From: Eledone cirrhosa
Taxonomy: Eukaryota
Length of the DNA: 64,000 nucleotides
NCBI GenBank assembly: GCA_964016885.1
Contig: OZ024742.1
Span: 224,130,001 to 224,194,000 of the forward strand
Direction of reading: 5' to 3'
Shown here: positions 25,072 through 40,000 of the stretch, piece by piece
Numbering within the stretch: the first letter of the stretch is position 1
Layout of the letters: each line of letters opens with the position of its first letter
Program-made: the position numbers and the translations under genes
The notes under the pieces: model-generated
What the model saw: the letters and a program-made list of their open reading frames with translations, nothing else
Databases searched by the model: none
What the model was told of the DNA's origin: nothing

Positions 25072-28000
25072 ACAATGGAGCTCAAGGCGAGCGAGGCACT
25101 TCCTCCTGGCGCAAAAAAAAATTATGGAGTGTGGAAATGCCTCAACAGATTAAGATCTGGTATTGGACGTGCAACAGTCAACCTGGAAAAATGGGGATAT
25201 TTAAAGGATGGGCTGTTGTGTGTGACTGCAGCATCGACCCACAGACTACACAGAACCTCCTGATATTCCCCCTGCTGGAACACCCCTGCACAGCATTGTA
25301 CTTGACAGAGTTTAATGAGAAAGGACAGCAATGTGTTCAGCTGTGGCAGAACCAAATCTGGTGGAACACCCCTGCACAGCATTGGACTGGACAGAGTTTA
25401 ATGAGAAAGGATAGCAATGTGTTCAGCTGTGGCAGATTCAAATCTGGTGGAACACCCATGCACAGCATTGGACTTGACAGAGTTTAATGAGAAAGGACAG
25501 CAATGTGTTCAGCTGTGGCAGATTCAAATCTGCTGGAACACCCCTGCACAGCATTGGACTGGACAGAGTTTAATGAGAAAGGACAGCAATGTGTTCAGCT
25601 GTGGGAGAACCAAATCTGGTGGAACACCCCTGCATAGCATTGGACTGGACAGAGTTTAATGAGAAAGGACAGCAATGTGTTCAGCTGTGGCAGATTCAAA
25701 TCTGCTGGAACACCCCTGCACAGCATTGGACTGGACAGAGTTTAATGAGAAAGGATTGCAATGTGTTCAGCTGTGGCAGAACCAAATGTGGTGGAAAACC
25801 CCTGCACAGCATTGGACTGGACAGAGTTTAATGAGAAACGACAGCAATGTGTTTAGCTGTGGCAGAACCAGATCTGGTGGAACACCCCTGCGCAGCATTG
25901 GACTTGACAGAGTTTAATGAGAAAGGATAGCAATGTGTTCAGCTGTGGCAGAACCAAATCTGGTGGAACACCCCTGCACAGCATTGGACTTGACAGAGTT
26001 TAATGAGAAAGGATAGCAATGTGTTCAGCTGTGGCAGAACCAAATCTGGTGGAACACCCCTGCACAGCATTGTACTTGACAGAGTTTAATGAGAAAGGAT
26101 AGCAATGTGTTCAGCTGTGGCAGAACCAAATCTGGTGGAACACCCCTGCACAGCATTGTACTTGACAGAGTTTAATGAGAAAGGATAGCAATGTGTTCTG
26201 CTGTGGCAGAACCAAATCTGATGGAACACCCCTGCGCAGCATTGGACTTGACAGAGTTTAATGAGAAAGGATAGCAATGTGTTCAGCTGTGGCAGAACCA
26301 AATCTGGTGGAACACCCCTGCACAGCATTGGACTTGACAGAGTTTAATGAGAAAGGATAGCAATGTGTTCAGCTGTGGCAGAACCAAATCTGGTGGAACA
26401 CCCCTGCACAGCATTGGACTTGACAGAGTTTAATGAGAAAGGACAGCAATGTGTTCAGCTGTGGCAGAACCAAATCTGCTGGAACACCCCTGCACAGAAT
26501 TGGACTGGACAGAGTTTAATGAGAGAGGACAGCAATGTGTTCAGCTGTGGCAGAACCAAATCTGGTGGAACACCCCTGCACAGCATTGGACTTGACAGAG
26601 TTTAATGAGAAAGGATAGCAATGTGTTCAGCTGTGGGAGAACCAAATCTGGTAGAACACCCCTGCACAGCATTGTACTTGACAGAGTTTAATGAGAAAGG
26701 ACAGCAATGTGTTCAGCAGTGGCAGAACCAAATCTGGTGGAACACCCCTGCACAGCATTGGACTGGACAGAGTTTAATGAGAAACGACAGCAATGTGTTT
26801 AGCTGTGGCAGAACAAGATCTGGTGGAACACCCCTGCACAGCATTGGACTTGACAGAGTTTAATGAGAAAGGATAGCAATGTGTTCAGCTGTGGGAGAAC
26901 CAAATCTGGTGGAACACCCCTGCACAGCATTGGACTTGACAGAGTTTAATGAGAAAGGATAGCAATGTGTTCAGCTGTGGTAGAACCAAATCTGGTGGAA
27001 CACCCCTGCACAGCATTGTACTTGACAGAGTTTAATGAGAAAGGATAGCAATGTGTTCAGCTGTGGCAGAACCAAATCTGGTGGAACACCCCTGCACAGC
27101 ATTGTACTTGATAGAGTTTAATGAGAAAGGACAGCAATATGTTCAGCTTTGGCAGAACCAAATCTGGTGGAACACCCCTGCACAGCATTGGACTTGACAG
27201 AGTTTAATGAGAAAGGATAGCAATGTGTTCAGCTGTGGCAGAACCAAATCTAGTGGAACACCCCTGCACATCATTGTACTTGACAGAGTTTAATGTGAAA
27301 GGACAGCAATGTGTTCAGCTGTGGCAGAACCAAATCTAGTGGAACACCCCTGCACAGCATTGGACTTGACAGAGTTTAATGAGAAAGGATAGCAATGTGT
27401 TCTGCTGTGGCAGAACCAAATCTGGTGGAACACCCCTGCACAGCATTGGACTTGACAGAGTTTAATGAGAAAGGATAGCAATGTGTTCAGCAGTGGCAGA
27501 ACCAAATCTGGTGGAACACCCCTGCACAGCATTGGACTTGACAGAGTTTAATGAGAAAGGACAGCAATGTGTTCAGCTGTGGCAGAACCAAATCTAGTGG
27601 AACACCCCTGCATAGCATTGGACTGGACAGAGTTTAATGAGAGTGGATAGCAATGTGTTCAGCTGTGGCAGAACCAAATCTGGTGGAACACCCCTGCACA
27701 GCATTGGACTTGACAGAGTTTAATGAGAAAGGACAACATTGTGTTCAGCTGTGGCAGAACCAAATCTGGTGGAACACCCCTGCACAGTATTGGACTTGAC
27801 AGAGTTTAATGAGAAAGGACAGCAATGTGTTTAGCTGTGGCAGAACCAAATCTGGTGGAACACCCCTGCACAGCATTGGACTTGACAGAGTTTAATAAGA
27901 AAGGATAGCAATGTGTTCTGCTGTGGGAGAACCAAATCTGGTGGAACACCCCTGCACAGCATTGGACTTGACAGAGTTTAATGAGAAAGGATAGCAATGT

Positions 28001-31000
28001 GTTCAGCTGTGGCAGAACCAAATCTGGTGGAACACCCCTGCACAGCATTGTACTTGACAGAGTTTAATGAGAAAGGATAGCAATGTGTTCAGCTGTGGCA
28101 GAACCAAATCTGGTGGAACACCCCTGCACAGCATTGGACTTGACAGAGTTTAATGAGAAAGGATAGCAATGTGTTCAGCTGTGGCAGAACCAAATCTGGT
28201 GGAACACCCCTGCACAGCATTGGACTTGACAGAGTTTAATGAGAAAGGACAGCAATGTGTTCAGCTGTGGCAGAACCATATCTGGTGGAACACCCCTGCA
28301 CAGTATTGGACTTGACAGAGTTTAATGAGAAAGGATAGCAATGTGTTCTGCTGTGGCAGAACCAAATCTGGTGGAACACCCCTGCACAGCATTGGACTTG
28401 ACAGAGTTTAATGAGAAAGGACATCATTGTGTTCAGCTGTGGCAGAACCAAATCTGGTGGAACACCCCTGCACAGAATTGGACTGGACAGAGTTTAATGA
28501 GAGAGGACAGCAATGTGTTCAGCTGTGGCAGAACCAAATCTGGTGGAACACCCCTGCACAGCATTGGACTTGACAGAGTTTAATGAGAAAGGATAGCAAT
28601 GTGTTCAGCTGTGGGAGAACCAAATCTGGTAGAACACCCCTGCACAGCATTGTACTTGACAGAGTTTAATGAGAAAGGACAGCAATGTGTTCAGCAGTGG
28701 CAGAACCAAATCTGGTGGAACACCCCTGCACAGCATTGGACTGGACAGAGTTTAATGAGAAACGACAGCAATGTGTTTAGCTGTGGCAGAACAAGATCTG
28801 GTGGAACACCCCTGCACAGCATTGGACTTGACAGAGTTTAATGAGAAAGGATAGCAATGTGTTCAGCTGTGGGAGAACCAAATCTGGTGGAACACCCCTG
28901 CACAGCATTGGACTTGACAGAGTTTAATGAGAAAGGATAGCAATGTGTTCAGCTGTGGTAGAACCAAATCTGGTGGAACACCCCTGCACAGCATTGTACT
29001 TGACAGAGTTTAATGAGAAAGGATAGCAATGTGTTCAGCTGTGGCAGAACCAAATCTGGTGGAACACCCCTGCACAGCATTGTACTTGATAGAGTTTAAT
29101 GAGAAAGGACAGCAATATGTTCAGCTTTGGCAGAACCAAATCTGGTGGAACACCCCTGCACAGCATTGGACTTGACAGAGTTTAATGAGAAAGGATAGCA
29201 ATGTGTTCAGCTGTGGCAGAACCAAATCTAGTGGAACACCCCTGCACATCATTGTACTTGACAGAGTTTAATGTGAAAGGACAGCAATGTGTTCAGCTGT
29301 GGCAGAACCAAATCTAGTGGAACACCCCTGCACAGCATTGGACTTGACAGAGTTTAATGAGAAAGGATAGCAATGTGTTCTGCTGTGGCAGAACCAAATC
29401 TGGTGGAACACCCCTGCACAGCATTGGACTTGACAGAGTTTAATGAGAAAGGATAGCAATGTGTTCAGCAGTGGCAGAACCAAATCTGGTGGAACACCCC
29501 TGCACAGCATTGGACTTGACAGAGTTTAATGAGAAAGGACAGCAATGTGTTCAGCTGTGGCAGAACCAAATCTAGTGGAACACCCCTGCATAGCATTGGA
29601 CTGGACAGAGTTTAATGAGAGTGGATAGCAATGTGTTCAGCTGTGGCAGAACCAAATCTGGTGGAACACCCCTGCACAGCATTGGACTTGACAGAGTTTA
29701 ATGAGAAAGGACAACATTGTGTTCAGCTGTGGCAGAACCAAATCTGGTGGAACACCCCTGCACAGTATTGGACTTGACAGAGTTTAATGAGAAAGGACAG
29801 CAATGTGTTTAGCTGTGGCAGAACCAAATCTGGTGGAACACCCCTGCACAGCATTGGACTTGACAGAGTTTAATAAGAAAGGATAGCAATGTGTTCTGCT
29901 GTGGGAGAACCAAATCTGGTGGAACACCCCTGCACAGCATTGGACTTGACAGAGTTTAATGAGAAAGGATAGCAATGTGTTCAGCTGTGGCAGAACCAAA
30001 TCTGGTGGAACACCCCTGCACAGCATTGTACTTGACAGAGTTTAATGAGAAAGGATAGCAATGTGTTCAGCTGTGGCAGAACCAAATCTGGTGGAACACC
30101 CCTGCACAGCATTGGACTTGACAGAGTTTAATGAGAAAGGATAGCAATGTGTTCAGCTGTGGCAGAACCAAATCTGGTGGAACACCCCTGCACAGCATTG
30201 GACTTGACAGAGTTTAATGAGAAAGGACAGCAATGTGTTCAGCTGTGGCAGAACCATATCTGGTGGAACACCCCTGCACAGTATTGGACTTGACAGAGTT
30301 TAATGAGAAAGGATAGCAATGTGTTCTGCTGTGGCAGAACCAAATCTGGTGGAACACCCCTGCACAGCATTGGACTTGACAGAGTTTAATGAGAAAGGAC
30401 ATCATTGTGTTCAGCTGTGGCAGAACCAAATCTGGTGGAACACCCCTGCACAGTATTGGACTTGACAGAGTTTAATGAGAAAGGACAGCAATGTGTTTAG
30501 CTGTGACAGAACCAAATCTGGTGGAACACCCTGCACAGCATTGAACTGGACAGAGTTTAATGAGAAAGGACAGCAATGTGTTCAGCAGTGGCAGAACCAA
30601 ATCTGCTGGAACACCCCTGCACAGCATTGGACTTGACAGAGTTTAATGAGAAAGGACAGCAATGTGTTTAGCTGTGACAGAACCAAATCTGGTGGAACAC
30701 CCCTGCACAGCATTGTACTTGACAGAGTTTAATGAGAAAGGACAGCAATGTGTTCAGCAGTAGCAGAACCAAATCTGGTGGAACACCCCTGCACAGCATT
30801 GGACTTGACAGAGTTTAATGAGAAAGGATAGCAATGTGTTCAGCAGTGGCAGAACCAAATCTGGTGGAACACCCCTGCACAGCATTGTACTTGACAGAGT
30901 TTAATGAGAAAGGATAGCAATGTGTTCTGCTGTGGCAGAACCAAATCTGATGGAACACCCCTGCGCAGCATTGGACTTGACAGAGTTTAATGCGAAAGGA

Positions 31001-34000
31001 TAGCAATGTGTTCAGCTGTGGCAGAACCAAATCTGGTGGAACACCCCTGCACAGCATTGTACTTGACAGAGTTTAATGAGAAAGGATAGCAATGTGTTCA
31101 GCTGTGGCAGAACCAAATCTGGTGGAACACCCCTGCACAGCATTGGACTTGACAGAGTTTAATGAGAAAGGATAGCAATGTGTTCAGCTGTGGCAGAACC
31201 AAATCTGGTGGAACACCCCTGCACAGCATTGGACTTGACAGAGTTTAATGAGAAAGGACAGCAATGTGTTCAGCTGTGGCAGAACCATATCTGGTGGAAC
31301 ACCCCTGCACAGTATTGGACTTGACAGAGTTTAATGAGAAAGGATAGCAATGTGTTCTGCTGTGGCAGAACCAAATCTGGTGGAACACCCCTGCACAGCA
31401 TTGGACTTGACAGAGTTTAATGAGAAAGGACATCATTGTGTTCAGCTGTGGCAGAACCAAATCTGGTGGAACACCCCTGCACAGAATTGGACTGGACAGA
31501 GTTTAATGAGAGAGGACAGCAATGTGTTCAGCTGTGGCAGAACCAAATCTGGTGGAACACCCCTGCACAGCATTGGACTTGACAGAGTTTAATGAGAAAG
31601 GATAGCAATGTGTTCAGCTGTGGGAGAACCAAATCTGGTAGAACACCCCTGCACAGCATTGTACTTGACAGAGTTTAATGAGAAAGGACAGCAATGTGTT
31701 CAGCAGTGGCAGAACCAAATCTGGTGGAACACCCCTGCACAGCATTGGACTGGACAGAGTTTAATGAGAAACGACAGCAATGTGTTTAGCTGTGGCAGAA
31801 CAAGATCTGGTGGAACACCCCTGCACAGCATTGGACTTGACAGAGTTTAATGAGAAAGGATAGCAATGTGTTCAGCTGTGGGAGAACCAAATCTGGTGGA
31901 ACACCCCTGCACAGCATTGGACTTGACAGAGTTTAATGAGAAAGGATAGCAATGTGTTCAGCTGTGGTAGAACCAAATCTGGTGGAACACCCCTGCACAG
32001 CATTGTACTTGACAGAGTTTAATGAGAAAGGATAGCAATGTGTTCAGCTGTGGCAGAACCAAATCTGGTGGAACACCCCTGCACAGCATTGTACTTGATA
32101 GAGTTTAATGAGAAAGGACAGCAATATGTTCAGCTTTGGCAGAACCAAATCTGGTGGAACACCCCTGCACAGCATTGGACTTGACAGAGTTTAATGAAAA
32201 AGGATAGCAATGTGTTCAGCTGTGGCAGAACCAAATCTAGTGGAACACCCCTGCACATCATTGTACTTGACAGAGTTTAATGTGAAAGGACAGCAATGTG
32301 TTCAGCTGTGGCAGAACCAAATCTAGTGGAACACCCCTGCACAGCATTGGACTTGACAGAGTTTAATGAGAAAGGATAGCAATGTGTTCTGCTGTGGCAG
32401 AACCAAATCTGGTGGAACACCCCTGCACAGCATTGGACTTGACAGAGTTTAATGAGAAAGGATAGCAATGTGTTCAGCAGTGGCAGAACCAAATCTGGTG
32501 GAACACCCCTGCACAGCATTGGACTTGACAGAGTTTAATGAGAAAGGACAGCAATGTGTTCAGCTGTGGCAGAACCAAATCTAGTGGAACACCCCTGCAT
32601 AGCATTGGACTGGACAGAGTTTAATGAGAGTGGATAGCAATGTGTTCAGCTGTGGCAGAACCAAATCTGGTGGAACACCCCTGCACAGCATTGGACTTGA
32701 CAGAGTTTAATGAGAAAGGACAACATTGTGTTCAGCTGTGGCAGAACCAAATCTGGTGGAACACCCCTGCACAGTATTGGACTTGACAGAGTTTAATGAG
32801 AAAGGACAGCAATGTGTTTAGCTGTGGCAGAACCAAATCTGGTGGAACACCCCTGCACAGCATTGGACTTGACAGAGTTTAATAAGAAAGGATAGCAATG
32901 TGTTCTGCTGTGGGAGAACCAAATCTGGTGGAACACCCCTGCACAGCATTGGACTTGACAGAGTTTAATGAGAAAGGATAGCAATGTGTTCAGCTGTGGC
33001 AGAACCAAATCTGGTGGAACACCCCTGCACAGCATTGTACTTGACAGAGTTTAATAAGAAAGGATAGCAATGTGTTCAGCTGTGGCAGAACCAAATCTGG
33101 TGGAACACCCCTGCACAGCATTGGACTTGACAGAGTTTAATGAGAAAGGATAGCAATGTGTTCAGCTGTGGCAGAACCAAATCTGGTGGAACACCCCTGC
33201 ACAGCATTGGACTTGACAGAGTTTAATGAGAAAGGACAGCAATGTGTTCAGCTGTGGCAGAACCATATCTGGTGGAACACCCCTGCACAGTATTGGACTT
33301 GACAGAGTTTAATGAGAAAGGATAGCAATGTGTTCTGCTGTGGCAGAACCAAATCTGGTGGAACACCCCTGCACAGCATTGGACTTGACAGAGTTTAATG
33401 AGAAAGGACATCATTGTGTTCAGCTGTGGCAGAACCAAATCTGGTGGAACACCCCTGCACAGTATTGGACTTGACAGAGTTTAATGAGAAAGGACAGCAA
33501 TGTGTTTAGCTGTGACAGAACCAAATCTGGTGGAACACCCTGCACAGCATTGAACTGGACAGAGTTTAATGAGAAAGGACAGCAATGTGTTCAGCAGTGG
33601 CAGAACCAAATCTGCTGGAACACCCCTGCACAGCATTGGACTTGACAGAGTTTAATGAGAAAGGACAGCAATGTGTTTAGCTGTGACAGAACCAAATCTG
33701 GTGGAACACCCCTGCACAGCATTGTACTTGACAGAGTTTAATGAGAAAGGACAGCAATGTGTTCAGCAGTAGCAGAACCAAATCTGGTGGAACACCCCTG
33801 CACAGCATTGGACTTGACAGAGTTTAATGAGAAAGGATAGCAATGTGTTCAGCAGTGGCAGAACCAAATCTGGTGGAACACCCCTGCACAGCATTGTACT
33901 TGACAGAGTTTAATGAGAAAGGATAGCAATGTGTTCTGCTGTGGCAGAACCAAATCTGATGGAACACCCCTGCGCAGCATTGGACTTGACAGAGTTTAAT

Positions 34001-37000
34001 GCGAAAGGATAGCAATGTGTTCAGCTGTGGCAGAACCAAATCTGGTGGAACACCCCTGCACAGCATTGGACTTGACAGAGTTTAATGAGAAAGGACAGCA
34101 ATGTGTTCAGCTGTGGCAGAACCAAATCTGCTGGAACACCCCTGCACAGAATTGGACTGGACAGAGTTTAATGAGAGAGGACAGCAATGTGTTCAGCTGT
34201 GGCAGAACCAAATCTGGTGGAACACCCCTGCACAGCATTGGACTTGACAGAGTTTAATGAGAAAGGATAGCAATGTGTTCAGCTGTGGGAGAACCAAATC
34301 TGGTAGAACACCCCTGCACAGCATTGTACTTGACAGAGTTTAATGAGAAAGGACAGCAATGTGTTCAGCAGTGGCAGAACCAAATCTGGTGGAACACCCC
34401 TGCACAGCATTGGACTGGACAGAGTTTAATGAGAAACGACAGCAATGTGTTTAGCTGTGGCAGAACAAGATCTGGTGGAACACCCCTGCACAGCATTGGA
34501 CTTGACAGAGTTTAATGAGAAAGGATAGCAATGTGTTCAGCTGTGGGAGAACCAAATCTGGTGGAACACCCCTGCACAGCATTGGACTTGACAGAGTTTA
34601 ATGAGAAAGGATAGCAATGTGTTCAGCTGTGGTAGAACCAAATCTGGTGGAACACCCCTGCACAGCATTGTACTTGACAGAGTTTAATGAGAAAGGATAG
34701 CAATGTGTTCAGCTGTGGCAGAACCAAATCTGGTGGAACACCCCTGCACAGCATTGTACTTGATAGAGTTTAATGAGAAAGGACAGCAATATGTTCAGCT
34801 TTGGCAGAACCAAATCTGGTGGAACACCCCTGCACAGCATTGGACTTGACAGAGTTTAATGAGAAAGGATAGCAATGTGTTCAGCTGTGGCAGAACCAAA
34901 TCTGGTGGAACACCCCTGCACAGAATTGGACTTGACAGAGTTTAATGAGAAAGGATAGCAATGTGTTCTGCTGTGGCAGAACCAAATCTGGTGGAACACC
35001 CCTGCACAGCATTGGACTTGACAGAGTTTAATGAGAAAGGATAGCAATGTGTTCAGCAGTGGCAGAACCAAATCTGGTGGAACACCCCTGCACAGCATTG
35101 GACTTGACAGAGTTTAATGAGAAAGGACAGCAATGTGTTCAGCTGTGGCAGAACCAAATCTAGTGGAACACCCCTGCATAGCATTGGACTGGACAGAGTT
35201 TAATGAGAGTGGATAGCAATGTGTTCAGCTGTGGCAGAACCAAATCTGGTGGAACACCCCTGCACAGCATTGGACTTGACAGAGTTTAATGAGAAAGGAC
35301 AACATTGTGTTCAGCTGTGGCAGAACCAAATCTGGTGGAACACCCCTGCACAGTATTGGACTTGACAGAGTTTAATGAGAAAGGACAGCAATGTGTTTAG
35401 CTGTGGCAGAACCAAATCTGGTGGAACACCCCTGCACAGCATTGGACTTGACAGAGTTTAATGAGAAAGGATAGCAATGTGTTCTGCTGTGGGAGAACCA
35501 AATCTGGTGGAACACCCCTGCACAGCATTGGACTTGACAGAGTTTAATGAGAAAGGATAGCAATGTGTTCAGCTGTGGCAGAACCAAATCTGGTGGAACA
35601 CCCCTGCACAGCATTGTACTTGACAGAGTTTAATGAGAAAGGATAGCAATGTGTTCAGCTGTGGCAGAACCAAATCTGGTGGAACACCCCTGCACAGCAT
35701 TGGACTTGACAGAGTTTAATGAGAAAGGATAGCAATGTGTTCAGCTGTGGCAGAACCAAATCTGGTGGAACACCCCTGCACAGCATTGGACTTGACAGAG
35801 TTTAATGAGAAAGGATAGCAATGTGTTCAGCTGTGGCAGAACCAAATCTGGTGGAACACCCCTGCACAGCATTGTACTTGACAGAGTTTAATGAGAAAGG
35901 ATAGCAATGTGTTCAGCTGTGGCAGAACCAAATCTGGTGGAACACCCCTGCACAGCATTGGACTTGACAGAGTTTAATGAGAAAGGATAGCAATGTGTTC
36001 AGCTGTGGCAGAACCAAATCTGGTGGAACACCCCTGCACAGCATTGGACTTGACAGAGTTTAATGAGAAAGGATAGCAATGAGTTCAGCTGTGGCAGAAC
36101 CAAATCTGGTGGAACACCCCTGCACAGCATTGGACTTGACAGAGTTTAATGAGAAAGGACAGCAATGTGTTCAGCAGTGGCAGAACCAAATCTGCTGGAA
36201 CACCCCTGCACAGCATTGGACTGGACAGAGTTTAATGAGAAAGGACAGCAATGTGTTTAGCTGTGACAGAACCAAATCTGGTGGAACACCCTGCACAGCA
36301 TTGGACTGGACAGAGTTTAATGAGAAAGGACAGCAATGTGTTCAGCAGTGGCAGAACCAAATCTGCTGGAACACCCCTGCACAGCATTGGACTTGACAGA
36401 GTTTAATGAGAAAGGATAGCAATGTGTTCAGCTGTGGCAGAACCAAATCTAGTGGAACACCCCTGCACAGCATTGGACTTGACAGAGTTTAATGAGAAAG
36501 GACAGCAATGTGTTCAGCTGTGGCAGAACCAAATCTGGTGGAACACCCCTGCACAGCATTGGACTTGACAGAGTTTAATGAGAAAGGATAGCAATGTGTT
36601 CAGCTGTGGCAGAACCAAATCTAGTGGAACACCCCTGCACAGCATTGGACTTGACAGAGTTTAATGAGAAAGGATAGCAATGTGTACAGCTGTGGCAGAA
36701 CCAAATCTAGTGGAACACCCCTGCACAGCATTGGACTTGACAGAGTTTAATGAGAAAGGACAGCAATGTGTTCAGCTGTGGCAGAACCAAATCTGGTGGA
36801 ACACCCCTGCACAGCATTGGACTTGACAGAGTTTAATCAGAAAGGATAGCAATGTGTTCAGCTGTGGCAGAACCAAATCTAGTGGAACACCCCTGCACAG
36901 CATTGGACTTGACAGAGTTTAATGAGAAAGGATAGCAATGTGTTCAGCTGTGGCAGAACCAAATCTGGTGGAACACCCCTGCACAGCATTGTACTTGACA

Positions 37001-40000
37001 GAGTTTAATGAGAAAGGACAGCAATGTGTTCAGCTGTGGCAGAACCAAATCTGGTGGAACACCCCTGCACAGCATTGGACTTGACAGAGTTTAATGAGAA
37101 AGGATAGCAATGTGTTCAGCTGTGGCAGAACCAAATCTGGTGGAACACCCCTGCACAGCATTGGACTTGACAGAGTTTAATGAGAAAGGACAGCAATGTG
37201 TTCAGCTGTGGCAGAACCATATCTGGTGGAACACCCCTGCACAGTATTGGACTTGACAGAGTTTAATGAGAAAGGATAGCAATGTGTTCTGCTGTGGCAG
37301 AACCAAATCTGGTGGAACACCCCTGCACAGCATTGGACTTGACAGAGTTTAATGAGAAAGGACATCATTGTGTTCAGCTGTGGCAGAACCAAATCTGGTG
37401 GAACACCCCTGCACAGTATTGGACTTGACAGAGTTTAATGAGAAAGGACAGCAATGTGTTTAGCTGTGACAGAACCAAATCTGGTGGAACACCCTGCACA
37501 GCATTGGACTGGACAGAGTTTAATGAGAAAGGACAGCAATGTGTTCAGCAGTGGCAGAACCAAATCTGCTGGAACACCCCTGCACAGCATTGGACTTGAC
37601 AGAGTTTAATGAGAAAGGACAGCAATGTGTTTAGCTGTGACAGAACCAAATCTGGTGGAACACCCCTGCACAGCATTGGACTTGACAGAGTTTAATGAGA
37701 AAGGACAGCAATGTGTTCAGCAGTGGCAGAACCAAATCTGGTGGAACACTCCTGCACAGCATTGGACTTGACAGAGTTTAATGAGAAAGGACAGCAATGT
37801 GTTTAGCTGTGACAGAACCAAATCTGGTGGAACACCCTGCACAGCATTGGACTGGACAGAGTTTAATGAGAAAGGACAGCAATGTGTTCAGCAGTGGCAG
37901 AACCAAATCTGCTGGAACACCCCTGCACAGCATTGGACTGGACAGAGTTTAATGAGAAAGGACAGCAATGTGTTTAGCTGTGACAGAACCAAATCTGGTG
38001 GAACACCCTGCACAGCATTGGACTGGACAGAGTTTAATGAGAAAGGACAGCAATGTGTTCAGCAGTGGCAGAACCAAATCTGCTGGAACACCCCTGCACA
38101 GCATTGGACTTGACAGAGTTTAATGAGAAAGGACAGCAATGTGTTCAGCAGTGGCAGAACCAAATCTAGTGGAACACCCCTGCACAGCATTGGACTTGAC
38201 AGAGTTTAATGAGAAATGACAGCAATGTGTTCAGCTGTGGCAGAACCAAATCTAGTGGAACACCCCTGCACAGCATTGGACTTGACAGAGTTTAATGAGA
38301 AAGGACAGCAATGTGTTCAGCTGTGGCAGAACCAAATCTGGTAGAACACCCCTGCACAGCATTGTACTTGACAGAGTTTAATGAGAAAGGACAGCAATGT
38401 GTTCTGCTGTGGCAGAACCAAATCTAGTGGAACACACCTGCACAGCATTGGACTTGACAGAGTTTAATGAGAAAGGACAGCAATGTGTTCAGCTGTGGCA
38501 GAACCAAATCTAGTGGAACACCCCTGCACAGCATTGGACTTGACAGAGTTTAATGAGAAAGGACAGCAATTTGTTCAGCTGTGGCAGAACCAAATCTAGT
38601 GGAACACCCCTGCACAGCATTGGACTTGACAGAGTTTAATGAGAAAGGACAGCAATGTGTTCAGCTGTGGCAGAACCAAATCTGGTAGAACACCCCTGCA
38701 CAGCATTGTACTTGACAGAGTTTAATGAGAAAGGATAGCAATGTGTTCAGCTGTGGCAGAACCAAATCTAGTGGAACACCCCTGCACAGCATTGTACTTG
38801 ACAGAGTTTAATGAGAAAGGACAGCAATGTGTTCAGCTGTGGCAGAACCAAATCTGGTGGAACACCCCTGCACAGCATTGGACTTGACAGAGTTTAATGA
38901 GAAAGGATAGCAATGTGTTCAGCTGTGGCAGAACCAAATCTGGTGGAACACCCCTGCACAGCATTGGACTTGACAGAGTTTAATGAGAAAGGACAGCAAT
39001 GTGTTCAGCTGTGGCAGAACCATATCTGGTGGAACACCCCTGCACAGTATTGGACTTGACAGAGTTTAATGAGAAAGGATAGCAATGTGTTCTGCTGTGG
39101 CAGAACCAAATCTGGTGGAACACCCCTGCACAGCATTGGACTTGACAGAGTTTAATGAGAAAGGACATCATTGTGTTCAGCTGTGGCAGAACCAAATCTG
39201 GTGGAACACCCCTGCACAGTATTGGACTTGACAGAGTTTAATGAGAAAGGACAGCAATGTGTTTAGCTGTGACAGAACCAAATCTGGTGGAACACCCTGC
39301 GCAGCATTGGACTGGACAGAGTTTAATGAGAAAGGACAGCAATGTGTTCAGCAGTGGCAGAACCAAATCTGCTGGAACACCCCTGCACAGCATTGGACTT
39401 GACAGAGTTTAATGAGAAAGGACAGCAATGTGTTTAGCTGTGACAGAACCAAATCTGGTGGAACACCCCTGCACAGCATTGGACTTGACAGAGTTTAATG
39501 AGAAAGGACAGCAATGTGTTCAGCAGTGGCAGAACCAAATCTGGTGGAACACTCCTGCACAGCATTGGACTTGACAGAGTTTAATGAGAAAGGACAGCAA
39601 TGTGTTTAGCTGTGACAGAACCAAATCTGGTGGAACACCCTGCACAGCATTGGACTGGACAGAGTTTAATGAGAAAGGACAGCAATGTGTTCAGCAGTGG
39701 CAGAACCAAATCTGCTGGAACACCCCTGCACAGCATTGGACTGGACAGAGTTTAATGAGAAAGGACAGCAATGTGTTTAGCTGTGACAGAACCAAATCTG
39801 GTGGAACACCCTGCACAGCATTGGACTGGACAGAGTTAAATGAGAAAGGACAGCAATGTGTTCAGCAGTGGCAGAACCAAATCTGCTGGAACACCCCTGC
39901 ACAGCATTGGACTTGACAGAGTTTAATGAGAAAGGACAGCAATGTGTTCAGCAGTGGCAGAACCAAATCTAGTGGAACACCCCTGCACAGCATTGGACTT